Shown piece by piece: positions 41,372 through 55,503 of a DNA stretch of 64,000 bases. The DNA comes from Octopus sinensis (taxonomy: Eukaryota). How positions within the stretch are numbered: the first letter of the stretch is position 1; every line of letters starts with the position of its first letter. The translations under genes were made by a program, and so were the position numbers. The stretch lies in the NCBI RefSeq assembly GCF_006345805.1, contig NC_043005.1, positions 103,168,001 through 103,232,000 of the forward strand. Reading direction: 5' to 3'. The notes beneath the pieces are model-generated. The model worked only from the letters and a program-made list of their open reading frames with translations, was not told the DNA's origin and searched no databases.

Positions 41372-43038
41372 TACGTACATACGCAACGCAATGTACTAAT
41401 ACTGAATAATCCTAGTTTCTTAACGTGTCTCCGGCAAAGAAAATATGTGAAACATAAAACATGGCCGCAAAACAAAAAACTGCAAGCTTATCCTGAATAT
41501 TTTGTGGAGACGTTTCTCTTGATCTGGTATATGAGCAGCTAATTCAGGAGATATACAGTTAAACATGACGCGACACATAATCGGTAACGCTAATCCCATG
41601 CGACGTTTTTACTTTTATTATAAATCCAGCTTATTTAGAATCATTTTTCAAGATGAATAAATTTTAGAACATCAAGGATTTTCTTTGTTTTTATTGCTTT
41701 TTGGTTGCTTTTCTTTTATTTTATCGAGTGTTTGTTGTTGTTGTTGTTTCCGGGTTAGTTTTAACTTTTTCTACTAAGAAGACAAGAGTTCCCCTAAGAC
41801 CTGAAATATGACAATATAAAACCGACTAGATTGCTCATAAGAAGATAAAATACAAATGTGTTGAGAAAGGAATTCATCATACGCTTTTCTTCTAGAATTA
41901 GATATTTCTATATGTACCAACGCTGGATATATAATAGTATCTACGTGTCAAAACCCGAGCTTGCATTTCCGAATGAATTACTTTTGTGATGTAGCCGCAA
42001 AATAGGTGATTATATGAAGAATTTTCTTGCTTGTAACACTTCTAACATGGCTCCAGGTGTATATTAAGGCTAATAACTTCCGTAATTATTGCAGCGTATG
42101 TTAAAGCTGCCAGATCACACATTTAACTGTTTGAAATTCATAACCGAACGGTAATTTCAATATTTCTTACGTACGATGGAAAGGAGTAGGATGGATTTCA
42201 TAATAAGCTCAGTGTAGTTAAAAGCATGGCCGTCATTTACAAGCGAGTATGAACTGGAGCATGTACAGTGTTTTCCCTAAATGTTTTATGAGCATAAGTT
42301 GTCGTAAGACACAGATACATATAACCGAGCGAAGCCTCACAAATATTGCATCATGAAGGAGAGAGGGCTACCTTAGCAGTCGATTAGTATTCATTTTTAG
42401 TCGAGTACACTGGTGCAAGCCAAAATAAGTGCTTTACTCAGGAACATAACTCGCCGAACGAATTTGAGAATACCATCCTCTTCTGATTCAACATAACGTT
42501 GCAAAGACGTAAAACTTTGCCACGTTGAAATAACCATTGGAATCTTCTTTCATTCCCGCTATAATGTAACAAGGGTACACACAATGCTTACCACCTTTCC
42601 CATCATTCAGGACTACTTTTTGTTGTCGTGCTTCTCTTTTTATTTCTTACACGTTCTTACTCGTTCTATCTCCCTTTTCTTTTTCAGAGAGTAACCATGC
42701 TATGTCTTGCGTGTAAAAGAGTTCCCGATGATACCCGACATACTATATCACCTCACTCTAGTTCTATTGTAATTATGAAACTCACTGTAGCTCGATTTAG
42801 AATTCTCTGTGTATTAAATAAATATTTATCTCTCGCTACATGGAGTAATTTTTTCGATGATTACCACAACCAACGGAATAATTAACAATAAGTATATGTT
42901 TGCCTGTGTGTGAGAGAGAGTGTGTGTGTGAGTGTATGTGTGTAAGAGAGAGTGTGTGTGTGAGTGTATGTGTGAGAGAGAGAGAGAGAGTATGCGTATG
43001 TGTGCATGTAAGTTTACGTAAGTATATCTGTAATATAT

Positions 43039-43073
<35 letters not shown>

Positions 43074-43238
43074 TATAAATACATGTATATATATATACAC
43101 ACACATATATATCTATATATATACATACATATATACATTCATGCATATATATATACATATATAATCATATATATATATATATAATGTGTATATATATATG
43201 TATATATGTATGTGTATATATATATAGATATGTGTGTG

Positions 43239-43318
<80 letters not shown>

Positions 43319-44139
43319 AAACAAGTCAAAAATAGAAAATGCTAAAATAATTTTATAGTGAACATTTCAGTACCGGTTCGGTCATTTTGAGACCTTTTCA
43401 ACTGTAACGATTAAATAATAAAATTTAGAAAAATTAGAAGAAAAGTATTTTAAAAAGAATATTTCTATAGTAGTGTTCAGATTTAAGTGGCATTCTGCCT
43501 TTCTCTGACTCCCTTGTTTGCACTTGTGTGTTGGAGGTCGTTGTGAGTTCTTGGTAGGGTAGTAGAGGAAGAAGGCTGTTGAGGAAAGGGGGTGGGAGAA
43601 TCTGGGAGTGCCCTGATGGTCGTATTTTGAATGGTCAATGGCGGCTGGCAGTCTCAGTTCAATTCAGGAGAATATTTATACTGACAGGCTTGTTTATAGA
43701 ATTTGCGTAGGTGTTATACTAAAAGACATTAGTGACAAAGTTAAGGGGTAGGAGGTGGAGAAGTAGAAGAAGAAGAAGAAGAAGAAGAAGAAGAAGAAGA
43801 AGCAGATGACGATGTTGATGATGATGATGATGAAGAAGAAGAAGAAGAAGAAGAAGAAGAAGAAGGAGAAGGAGAAGATGACGATGATGGTGATGGTGGT
43901 GAGGACTATGACGACGATGATGATGATAATGATGATGATGAAGAAGAAGAGGAAGAAGAAAAAAACAGAGAAGGGAGAATATGAATGGGTTAAAGTAGTG
44001 AGGTGTTGTATGACTTGAAGTTGGTATGTTATGGATTATAGCTGTGATTTTAGCTGTGATTAGTAATGGATTCTTTGGAATGTAATATTTGTGTGTGAAT
44101 ATTTCTTTTATTCTAAAGTTGAGGTATATTAATTGTTTG

Positions 44140-45190
44140 TCGTAGACCCGTTAAGAAGTGGCCTGTATTTTGCAATAAAGAGAGTTCCTTTACTTATTCG
44201 TTATCTCGAGGTTGTATCGTCCCTAAATTGGTAGAGGGGGAAAATCCTGAAGCTTGGTGTTTTTTGTTGGCGCAAGTATCTATGTGTTGGCTAAAAGCTA
44301 TTTTTCTGTTTTGGGGAATTTTTATCTGGGATCTGTGCAGGGCCATTCGTTTACGCAAACTATTTTTTGTTTGGCCTATGTACTGCTCTTGACACCCGGA
44401 GCAGGTTAGTGAGTATATTAGGTTCTCCGAAGCACATGTGAAGTTGCTTTTCACTGTAAACCGTTGTCCCTGTTTGAAGGAGAACTCTGATCCCTCAATT
44501 AGATAGTCGCATATCCCGCAATTGGGTCTTCCACATTTTTTTACTGTCGGCTTCTGTGTTGAAGAGTGAATTCGGGCTTGTGTTAGGAGACTTTTCATGG
44601 ATTTAGGCTGTCTCTTGCTTTTTATGATCGTGTGTGTTTGGAGGATTGTGTTCATTCTGTGGTCTTTTTTTAGGAGGGGTATGTTGTGGAGGATGGTGCC
44701 GAAGGCTTCGTTATTGAGAGGGTTGTGTGTGGAGATGTATGGTAAGGCTTTTGGTTGTAAGTTTTTCTTTGATTTGGGATGTCTCAGTTCCTTGATGTTA
44801 AGTTGAAGGGCACGTTGAATGCACTTGTCAATAAGTGAAGGTGGATAGTTCCTGGTGATAAGGGTATCTTTTAGTTCTTGTAGTCGTTTGTCTCTGGTGT
44901 TTGCGTTAGAGACTATAGTACATATCCTTTTTGCTAGGTTGAAGGGGATATTCATCCTGGTGTGTCTGGGGTGGCATGAATTGTATGGAAGATATTGCTT
45001 AGAGTCTGTAGGCTTATAATATATGTCTGTTTCTATTATATTATTAGCTTTCTTAATGAGGATATCGAGGAAGGGGAGTTGTTGCTGGCTATATTCCATC
45101 GTGAATTGGATGTTTACGTCCAGTCCGTTTAAAATTTCCTGGAATTCTATGAGTTTTTCTATATTTTTATGCCAAAGGATGAAAAAAAAA
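44140..45190 (-). pseudogene. PLE RT (C-terminal part), Cys-rich linker and GIY-YIG endonuclease; frameshift near the 3' end
   Basis: ORF 44194-45099: LPFLDILI, TDIYYKPTDSKQYL, HP..NIPF, CGRPNCGIC, LIYSLTCSGCQEQYIGQT, RMALH. The frame extends upstream to FILW (just after YxDD); an alternative frame ends FIAKYRPLLN. Confidence 0.93.
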
Positions 45191-45246
45191 CTTTTTTTAA
45201 AAAAACTTTTCTTCTAATTTTTCTAAATTTCATTATTTAATCGTTA

Positions 45247-45284
45247 CAGTTGAAAAGGTCTCAAAATGACCGAAACCGGTACTG
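45247..45284 (+). ncRNA. Degenerate minimal HHR-like motif (mirror copy at 43368-43404, minus)
   Basis: cag-TTGAAAA-ggtc(tcaaaat)gacc-GAAA-ccggTA-ctg; palindromic ACCGGT stem III; core differs from CUGANGA at 2 positions. Confidence 0.55.
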
Positions 45285-46035
45285 AAATGGTCACTATAAA
45301 ATTATTTTAGCATTTTCTATTTTTGACTTGTTTTTTCATATATATCAACTCGTGTGCTCCTTTTCACCCTTATACATATATATATATATATATACATATA
45401 TATACATATATATATATGTATATATGTATGTGTATATATATATATAGATATGTGTGTATATATATATACATATATATATATGTATATATATATGTGTATA
45501 TATATATACAGATTGGAGGATGGATAAAGAGAGAAAGAGAGCGAGAGAGAGAGGTGGGGCAAGACATATGTAGTCTGCTTTCCGTTCTAAGATATCTGGA
45601 AAGCATTTATTTAAAATTTTATTTGAAAGAAATTTTAAATATCTTTATTCTTTTTATAACCGGATATATAGAATTTATTTTTTGCCTGAAACGGAATTTT
45701 CACAGAAAATATATTTTGAGTTCGAAATAACTTTAATGATTTTTTTTATTTCTCCTTGTTCCAGGAACAGCTTGTTGTGTTGGTGAACAGTCATCGGTGT
45801 TGAGGAGCATATAGATTAAAACTGTGCTCCAGATAATTTTGGTTGACCAGAAGAACTGGAAGACATCTGAATATTGGAAAGAAGTTCCGTGGTGTTTCAT
45901 AATGACGACTGCTTAATGATCAGTGAATACTCTAATGGCAGTAAGACATAACATAGAGAGCTACATCAGGCACTGTGAAGGCTTGGCAAACAGGCAGGGA
46001 CACACTCCGCGTTTTAACCGCATCCGCACGTCGGG

Positions 46036-46455
46036 TTCATCCAACAGCATAAAGAAAAGATGATGAAAGATCCGAGCAAAGATACCCGAGTTTTAGCGAG
46101 AGAGGTGAGTGTTGGAGATGTCACCCTGAAGTTAACGCTTTGTAAGTAACTTCGCTGCCACTCGTAAAAGGGTTGCGAGGAAAAAATTCTAATAGTCAAA
46201 GTTAAAGAGATTCGCTTGACAAAAGCACAGAAGCTCACGAAAGAGCTGGGGATAATATTGAACCGGGGATGATCCGGTACTTCACAGATGTAAAGAATTT
46301 CTGCGAGGAAAAGTTGCACACTACCCAGAGCAACAGATGACTTGCTTACCATCGAAGTGATGCTCTATGTATTACGAAAACCACGTTCCCTCAAACTATG
46401 GTGTTTTCTGGATATCGCCGGTCAAGGTTATGTCTTCCCACCCCACATCTTTTAA
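46036..46455 (+). pseudogene. Tc1/mariner superfamily (maT/DD37D-like) transposase remnant
   Basis: Manual translation with stops and frameshifts: KDPSKDTRVLARE.., MIRYFTDVKNFCEEK..QSNR*LA..KTTFPQTMVF..PHL. Confidence 0.7.
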
Positions 46456-46925
46456 CATCCTTACGCTCAATTCAAAAAGGCTGTGTAAAGCTGTTGAAGA
46501 CTGTTTTGAAATTTGACATTTTTTTAGTAAAATACTTAATTTTGCACTAATTTGAGGTTTGCTACGTCACAGGAGTTTGAGATTTTGCACCTTGGAACCA
46601 GTTCTAGCTGCTTCATATGAATTTGTGTTAAAGGATTAAAACTTGTATTGTTGTATATGGAGTATTTCAGTCGTTACACATTATATGTATTCACAAACAA
46701 CCAAACTCACATACATACAGGCGCATATTTATGTGTACATGCTCCTCCTCCTACATGTATACACACCCACCCATACGCACACACACACACATATATATAT
46801 GTATATATGTATATATACATATATATACGTATATATATATATATATATTTATATAAAAGTAAACATATTCATATACGTAAGTACATATATATATATATAT
46901 GAATATATAAATGATATATATATAT

Positions 46926-46957
<32 letters not shown>

Positions 46958-46986
46958 GATATATATATATATAGATATATATATAT

Positions 46987-47075
<89 letters not shown>

Positions 47076-49325
47076 CATAGATAGATAGATAGATAGATAT
47101 AAACGAATATTTGAAATCTTCCTCAATAGAACTTTCAAGATTGGATCATTTCTCTTTGCCAACTCGTCTTCATTCTGACATACTTGATCAGAAATAGAAA
47201 TATAAACCGTGTGCTTTGTTTATAGCTGTCTGAGGGTCCATAAGGATAGTCCGTTTCCTGTAACTCTATTTCTAACTAAACACGCAACGGTAAAACCAAA
47301 AGATAGATACACTACACGGTAGACTTTGCTGCTGGAAATAACATGCTTCTTAAAATCATATCGTAGATTTAAAGAAAAGTCAGAAAGTTATATTGTATGT
47401 TGGAGTCTTGTTGTACAGAGAGAACTCTTACAGTTGACATGCATTTAACTATAATTCTGCTGACCGAAACCCTGACAACAAAAACAATACCAAATATACA
47501 ATAACAACTGATATAAAAACAAAATTATCATCAAAGTTGGTATTCTTTTCTTTTAGCTGTTATTTTCTCTGGAATGTGAGTACACCCCGATACCAAATGA
47601 GTAGAACTCTTGGTTGCGTTTAAATTTACAACTCGGGACGTCTTCTAAAGATAGTATCATGGACCCAAGTCTCTGGTGAAATAAATATCGAAATAGAAAA
47701 TGCTGAACTAATGTCGTTGATTAATTGGAAATTAATCACTTTATTTAGTAATAAAAAAAATTAGTTTTTTAAAAAATAAAATTGGTTCACGTAAAACGTT
47801 GTACTGAGAAAATATAAAGAGACAAACAAGTATAAGGGACAAAAAGTTAAACGTGTGTGTTAGTATGTTTTTATAAGGTGGTTTAAAATTAAAAGAGATA
47901 CAATAAACACACCATATTTTTTTATTTCTACAATTATGCAGACATTGACAATGAAATTCTCATAAGATGTCAAATGTAATTTTGATATGAGCAGCTGATT
48001 GTATTTTATTTACAACTTTGTCCTGTGTTTGTCTTGCTTTTGTTTATTTATTTATTTTTTCCAGACAAGATGTCAGCACTCACAATGGAAATCGCCCGTA
48101 TCTAAATATAACAACCATTAGTTATTATACTTCAACTTCATTGCATTTTTCAGCAAATCTCACTTCATTTTACCATCAATTTTAAACGTTTCACTTGCCA
48201 CTAAAACTCTTTTTATTAACAAAAATGATCTGGGTTGTCGACGCAGATCACCCACAACCAACACCTCCGCCACCACTTCCTTCCCTGTTTTACTCTCATA
48301 GCATTACGGTCTTCATTTTCTTCATCATCAACGTCCTCGTCGACCTCATCGTCGTCGTCGTCGTCATCATCTTCATCATCATCATCATCATCATAATCAC
48401 CATCACCTTCTTCTTCTTCTTCTTCTTCTTCTTCTTCTTCTTCTTCTTCTTCTTCTTCTTCTTCTTCGTTTCCTCCTCCTTCTTTTGTATGCGTGTATGT
48501 ATGTATGTTTGCGTTTGTGTATGTGTGTACAGAGAGACAGAGAGAGAGAGAGAGAGAGATAAAGAAAGGGTAAGTAAGAAAAAGAGAGGGAGGAAAAGCT
48601 AGAAAGAATGGGAAAGAGAGGGAACGGGGTCAGAGAGAGATATTACGTTTCCTGCTCTACTTTTCCTTCTCTATCTAAATTTCACTTCCTTTTTCTCTCT
48701 TCCCTGGCTCTTATATTTAGCTATCTGTTTCCGCTTTCTCTCTCTCTCTTTCTCTCACCTCTCCTTCTCTCTCTCTCTCTGTCTCTCTCGCTCACTATCT
48801 TTCTTTCTCTTATTCTCCACATCTGCCTAACACATATCTCAATTTCACTTTCTCACTTGTCTCTCCTCTATTTTTTCTCTCGCTCCACCTCCGCATCACT
48901 CTCTTTCTCCTTCCTCGCATGTTTTATCGTTTTTTTTCTTTTTATTCCAGTATTCTAGAAATATCCAACCATGATTTTTCATTCTACAAATGTCAATTTA
49001 AATTAATCTTAAAAAATCGACTTGAAATTGTGATATGAGATATTTTTTTTTACTTCTCTTTAAATTCTCAATATAAATATCAGTTAAGTGTTGCCAAAGT
49101 TTCAACATCTCCCACACCTCATCACCGACAGCATCTTCACGAACCTCCATGTGCAAACTAAACCTGAATCAACCATTATTTCCATACAGCTTCTGTATCT
49201 TTAACAATCTTTTTTCCCTAAGATTCTCACTAAATGTATTTACTGATTACTGCTGTTGTTGTTGTTGTTGTATGTTGTTGTTGTTGTTGTTGTTATTGAT
49301 GTTGTTGCTGTTGTTGTTGTTGTTA

Positions 49326-49500
49326 AGGGGGTGAGCTGACAGAATTGTTACCACTATTTCGCCGTTCTGAGTTCAAATTCCGCCAAGGTCGACTTTGCTT
49401 TTCATCTATTCGGGGTCGATAAAATAGAACCAGTTGAGATGTAATCAACTATTCCCCTCACCCAAATTTCAGGCCCTTATACCTATAATAGAAAGGATTA

Positions 49501-49589
<89 letters not shown>

Positions 49590-50006
49590 TTATTATTATT
49601 AGTATTATTATTATCATTATTATTAGGGTAGCGAGCCAGCAGAATCATTAACACACCGGGCGAAATACTTAACGGTATTTCGTCAAATTCCGCCGACGTC
49701 GACTTTGCCTTTCATCCTTTCGGGGTCGATTAAATAAGTACCAGTTACGCAATGGGGTCGATGTAATCGACTTCATCCGTTTATCTGTCCTTGTTTGTCT
49801 CCTCTGTGTTTAGCCCTTTGTGCGTAGTAAAGAAATAGGTATTTCGTCTGCCGCTACGTTCTGAGTTCAGATTCCGCTGTGGTGGAATTTGCCTTTCATC
49901 TTATTGGGATCGATAAATAAGTACCACTTGAACACTGGTGGCAAAGTAATCGACTCATCCCCTCCACCACCCCAAAATGGCTGCCCTTGTGGAAAAATTT
50001 GAAACA
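49326..50006 (+). mobile_element. Three SINE family A units (49326-49498, 49626-49837, 49838-50006) joined by (ATT/AGT)n
   Basis: Repeated family A head and central domain. Confidence 0.9.
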
Positions 50007-50206
50007 TTCAACCCTCTTCCGACACATTCTGCAGAGGTGCGTTGAAAATGTGTGGTATATATACTTTTTCACTGAGTTGGTATTCAATGCCTGGTCCTGG
50101 GCAGCGATGATTTGGCTTTCATTATTCTATTTTAGGTCAACCTTGTTGAGCCACCTCCATTATGCTTTCTTAACGTTTAATTTGTTTTATTATTATTATT
50201 ATTATT

Positions 50207-50648
50207 CTATGTTTGACTTTTGCTTTATATTTGTACAAGTTGGCTCCAAGTCTCACCCAGAGACCTCAAGAGACAACAGGTTGGAAGTTCATGTTGTTGT
50301 TATGCCTAGTGTGCCATATATTTTGGGGGATTTTTTGGTGTTGTACTAATGAATGTCTAAAAAAAAAATTTTTTTTTTAAACCGAAAATTATGTTTGTTT
50401 TAACCTTGAGATTACATAGAAAGTATTTTGCGTAGGATATGAGCAGTTCCCATGAGCACTATCTTTTGAATTTCTGCCATTTGGGGTTTCCTGGTACCTG
50501 AGTTAGGTAGCTATCAGCCCCTTTTGCTATCATTCCCAGGGCACCTATGACAACAGGTATTGTTTTAGTCTTCAGGTTCCACATTTTGCTGATTTCTATT
50601 TCAAGATCTTTATATTTGCTCAGTTTTTGGTAGGTCTTGACAGATATG

Positions 50649-50652
<4 letters not shown>
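50207..50652 (-). mobile_element. R4/Dong-type LINE 3' end (same subfamily as 2034-4075)
   Basis: SVKTYQKLSKYKDLEIEISKMWNLKTKTIPVVIGALG; shared 3' UTR; (TTA)n on both sides. Confidence 0.9.
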
Positions 50653-50740
<88 letters not shown>

Positions 50741-51770
50741 TTCTCTTTATCACAGGTTTTGCTGGAGATCCTGGAGTATTGCATGCGTAGCGGGCTTACT
50801 ACCTACAGCCTAAGATACCATGCTATCCATTTTTTTCAGCTGTCTAATACTCCCCTAATTATTCTGACCGTGCCAAAGAGGTAGACCTTTTGTAACTGTT
50901 CTACTGGGAACTCTATTCCAATGTCCTTTATATTCCTCTTGATACCTTCTCACATTGTTCACAAAGACTCAACAATAATTGGCGCTATCTTCACCTTCTC
51001 CATTTTGTATAGCCGGGCTATTTCGTACTTATGAGAGTTGTAGCTAATTGTTTTTCCGACTTCTTTCTTGAATGTTCGTGGGTCAAAGGGGCATGCAAAA
51101 TCAACTATGTAGCTTATATGGTGCACCTTGTCCACCACCACTAGGTCCGGTCTGTTATGCTCAACACCTGATCTGTTTGGATTGGGAAATGCCAGAAGAT
51201 TTTCCTAGTGTCTGACTCCTCCACTCTCTGCAGTTTGTGCTCATACCACGTATTGTCTCTCTCTCTCTGGTCCCCACTTTTAACACAGCTTCCAATGTGG
51301 GTCCCTCAATACGTAGCCGCACCACCACAATTTGGAGCAAGTCCAAGGCATTCGTTCGTGATATAGACACTGTTTTCATTCATTCTATTGCAGATGCAGC
51401 ACAGCTGAGACACTTGCTCATTCCTCAAGTTGATTCTCCAGTTCATGGCCAAAGCTTGGTCCTACGCTGCTAGTATAGTGCTCTGGGTCTCTTTTTTTAG
51501 AGTTCCTTTCATCAGCCAATCCGACCAATTTTCCAGTAACTTCTGTTGTGGTTACATGGAATTGACTGTGTAGGCCCTTCTTGCGTGATTCTGCTTCATG
51601 TCCTTTTTGTACATCTTTCTTTGTATTCCGTTTTAGTTTCTGCTGTCAATACTCCCCCTTTCCTAACTTTTTCACTAACAAAGAGTTTCTTTACTTTGGG
51701 CTCGGCACCTCATTAAGCTCTCGAGTTCTACAAGCATGCACTCTTCCACACTTGTCTGTCCCTATAGTTT
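50741..51770 (-). mobile_element. R4/Dong-type LINE 3' fragment, divergent subfamily
   Basis: Minus strand shows WYEHKLQ, HNRPDLVVVDK..IVDFACPFD and KIAPIIV; flanked by trinucleotide arrays. Confidence 0.85.
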
Positions 51771-51806
51771 TATTATTATTATTATTATTATTATCGTTAT
51801 CATTAT

Positions 51807-51877
<71 letters not shown>

Positions 51878-51933
51878 TTATTATCATCATCATCATCATC
51901 ATTATTATTATTATTATCATTATTATTATTATT

Positions 51934-52487
51934 GAGTGAGAGAGCAGTTCATGCCATCAAAGTGACACGGGTAAAATATACGAAGCCCAATATACCCATC
52001 ATGACTACCCGTCTGATAAGGGTACACCAGGCACATGCATCACAACCATATGTGTGCGACATGGTGATTTCATATCAAGATAAACAGCACATGACCTTGC
52101 AGGTGAGGCCCAGTTAGAATTTTATTCAGGTTGAGTAGCCCATCCCGCTCAAAAGGTCCCTGGATAAGGGTTGTTTAAGGATGTAGAAAGAACCACCCAT
52201 ATTTCCAGAGGTGAACTATTCAAACCCCAAAGAATCCCTCTCAACACATGGCTATGATGCTCCCCCACTACTTCTGCTCGTGATCAGCGATGCACATATC
52301 GTCAGCCACTAAGGGACATGCTCAACTGGTTAAGGTCAAACAACTGACAAGCAAATCTGTGGTATTGAGCAGAATATTTGCTGTAGCCCATCTTTTATAC
52401 CAAGACAAAACAATGTACATGATAACACTTCTAATCAGTTAAGATCAGAAGCCATGAGAGCCACTGCCTGGTACTGCATCAGGGCAT
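51934..52487 (-). mobile_element. 554-bp non-coding interspersed element inserted in (AAT)n, copy 1
   Basis: About 95% identical to 57554-58108 with the same two ends; no ORF, TIR or tRNA box seen. Confidence 0.85.
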
Positions 52488-52495
52488 TTATTATT

Positions 52496-52528
<33 letters not shown>

Positions 52529-52535
52529 ATTATTA

Positions 52536-52574
<39 letters not shown>

Positions 52575-52635
52575 TATTATTATTATTATTATTATTATAA
52601 TTATTATTGTTATTATTATTATTATTATTATAAAT

Positions 52636-53058
52636 GCGGTGAGCTGGCGGAATCGTTAGAAAACCAAGTGCAATGCTTAGCGGCATTTCGTCCGTTTTTA
52701 CATTCTGACTTCAAGTTCTGCCGGGATCGACTTTGCCTTTTACTCTTTGGGATGAATTAAATACGTAACAGTTAACCGCTGACAACGTAAGTAAGTAACC
52801 CCCGTCCACCGCAATGGCTGGCCTTTTGCCAAAATTTGAAACCGTTATCTTTTTTACTTTTATTTAAATTAGAAAAGCGGCGAGCTTGCGGTTAGCAAGC
52901 CGGAGAAAATACAAAGTGGCATTTCGTCCGTCTTTACTTTCTAAATTCAAATCTTCTGAGATTGACTTTACCTTTCAACCTTTCGGAGTCGATAAAATAA
53001 GTAGTAGTTGATTATTGGTGTCAATCTAATCGACTTACCCCAACCCCGAACTTACAGA
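52636..53058 (+). mobile_element. Two SINE family A copies (52636-52843 and 52876-53058)
   Basis: Family A head and central domain. Confidence 0.85.
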
Positions 53059-53536
53059 TATTATTATTATTATTGTTTTATTGGTTTACAAGCTTTTGAA
53101 AATTTTCATTATAATATCTTATCATTCATCACCATTGTGGCAAAACGAAGAAAAACTTTATTGTAGTTACTACCTTTCTTTTCTTGTTTTTTTCTTTTGC
53201 AAAATAACATAAAGCGGTCCCGTTCCTGAAACTAGAATTAAGTACACCTTTGAAGCACATCTTTGAAGCACATCCTTATACGCGTCCGAGCTTAAGGGAA
53301 ATATAATAGGTTCCATTGTTCTAGTCTCTACTCTGCGAAAGATAAGGATTATAGAAACTGCATGGATCGCAGGATTACTTGATCAAGACTGATGTAGAAA
53401 TAACCAACAACAGCAACAACAACAACAGTAAAATAACCATACTGTAAACATGTCTGTGCCTGTGCATGTCTTTGTGTGAGTAGATGTATATGTGTGTGTG
53501 TGTATGTGTTTGTGTACGTGTATGTGAGTGTGTATG

Positions 53537-53938
53537 CTCTTTACTCTCTTTTACTTGTTTCAGTCATTTGACTGTGGCCATGCTGGAGCACCGCCTTTAG
53601 TCGAGCAAATCGACCCCAGGACTTATTCTTTGTAAGCCTAGTACTTATTCTATTGGTCTCTTTTGCCGAACCGCTACGTTAGGGGGACGTAAAAACACCC
53701 CACAATCAAGCGATGTTGGGGGACAAACACAGACACAAACACAAACACACACGCACACATATATGTACATATATACGACGGGCTTCTTTCAGTTTCCGTC
53801 TACCAAATTCACTCACGAAGCATTGGTCGGCCCAAGACTATAGTAGAGGACACTTGCCCAAGGTGCCACGCAGTGGGAATGAACCCGGAACCATGTGGTT
53901 GATAAGCAAGTTACTTACCACACAGCCACTCCTGCGCC
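53537..53938 (-). mobile_element. Full-length SINE family B (tRNA-derived head, CORE-like accttgggcaagtgtc domain)
   Basis: Minus strand gtggctgtgtggtaag..ggttccgggttcattccc A/B-box-like head; other copies at 22086, 62345 and 9196. Confidence 0.9.
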
Positions 53939-54670
53939 TATGCAGCCAGTTCACAGCATTATATAATAATTCTTGTTCTGCTGCGCCGTCTTCCTTTACT
54001 ATTTTCAAGATTTCAGTGCTGAAGTACGAGTATTATATACAAAACTATGGAACTGACAATACGTCATGAATAATGAAATACTCCCCATTTTGTTTTTCTA
54101 TAAACTGTAATTAATAGTGAATTCCTTAATTTTTATTCGTATCGTCAGCTCCATTATGTGTTTGAATATGCGCATGCGTGCTTATGTGTTTGAGTGTGCG
54201 TTAACCTTACTGTGGTTGTAATCAAGATTGATAGGTGTGTCTCATTATTTTCATAGTTTCAATAATTTTCTTTTTCGTTTTCTATTTTAGAATACTACTC
54301 GCACATAATAGCCATTTACGTTAATAATTTTTGGAAAATGAAATAACAGTTTTCAATTGTGGAGTCTTCATTGCTTTAAGGAAACAAACTGAAGCAAAAT
54401 ACTCAATATTCGTTCGTAGCACCCTTTTTAATACAGCAATTCTCTTCCTCGTGTCTGGATTTCCTACTGATTTCTGTTTTTCTTTTCTTGCCTTGCTATT
54501 AAAATTACTGTGAAAATCCATTTCACTAATTTAATGGATGTTCCAATTTAAAATAAAATATTTTCATTATTTTTTTTTAATTATCATCCTTATATTTCTA
54601 TTCTCATATTGTTCTCTTTCCTTTCATTCTTCTATTTCTTTCCTTTGTGTTCTTCTTTGCTTCTCATTCC

Positions 54671-54853
54671 ATCATCATCATCATCATCATCACCACCACC
54701 ACCACCACCATGATCATCATCACTACCACCACCACCACCAATACCACCACCACCACTACCACCACCACCACTACCACCACCACCACCACCACCACCAATA
54801 CCACCACCACCACCACCACCACCACCACCACCACCGCCGCCGCCACCACCAAC

Positions 54854-54923
<70 letters not shown>

Positions 54924-54932
54924 CCACCACCA
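54671..54932. repeat. Compound (CAT)n/(CAC)n microsatellite
   Basis: Pure trinucleotide runs that give spurious poly-H, poly-T and poly-V ORFs. Confidence 0.95.
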
Positions 54933-55410
54933 AAATGTGATGCATTGCAAAGAACTCGTAATATTGAAGTGTTTCAGTTACGCCCATTTATATTCTAAGT
55001 TCAATTATTACATTTTATCCCTCTACAATTCATAAAACCAGCTCCCTACAGGCACTAGGTAAATGTGGTTGAGTACACAAACCCAGCTCTATTGTTGTTG
55101 CACGGTGATAATTTCATCTAACAAAATGTTTTCTTAGATTTTGTTATGGTGATTTACGTTCTGCATTGAAATGCTGCCGTGGTCCTCTTCGCTTTCAAAA
55201 TATCCTAATCAATAAAATAAGAACCAGATGAAATCCGGAATCGATGGGATCGATCGATTTTCTCCCCACAAACGACTGACGATGTACCTTAATTTAAAAA
55301 CAGATTAAAATCACATCATCATCATCATCATTTTTATTATTAGTAGGTAAAATTGCCCCAAAGTCTTTAGTCATCTGTCAAGTCACAAAAAGGACCTCAG
55401 ACAGATAGTA

Positions 55411-55461
<51 letters not shown>

Positions 55462-55503
55462 GTTGTTGTTGTTGTTGTTGTTGTTATTATTATTATTATT
55501 ATT

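Larger units (their letters stand above)
43312..45341 (-). mobile_element. 5'-truncated Penelope-like element (Neptune-type) with 3' pLTR (43312-43446) and inverted 5' pLTR (45205-45341)
   Basis: RT C-terminus and GIY-YIG ORF bracketed by about 135-bp inverted repeats that contain an HHR-like motif. Confidence 0.92.

Noticed and set aside
41490-41560. Minus-strand GAAACGTC preceded by CTGAATT as another HHR
   Set aside because: The core and stem I do not fit.
48195-48960. Pyrimidine/purine-rich block as a promoter or 5' UTR
   Set aside because: Composition only; no specific element or downstream exon.
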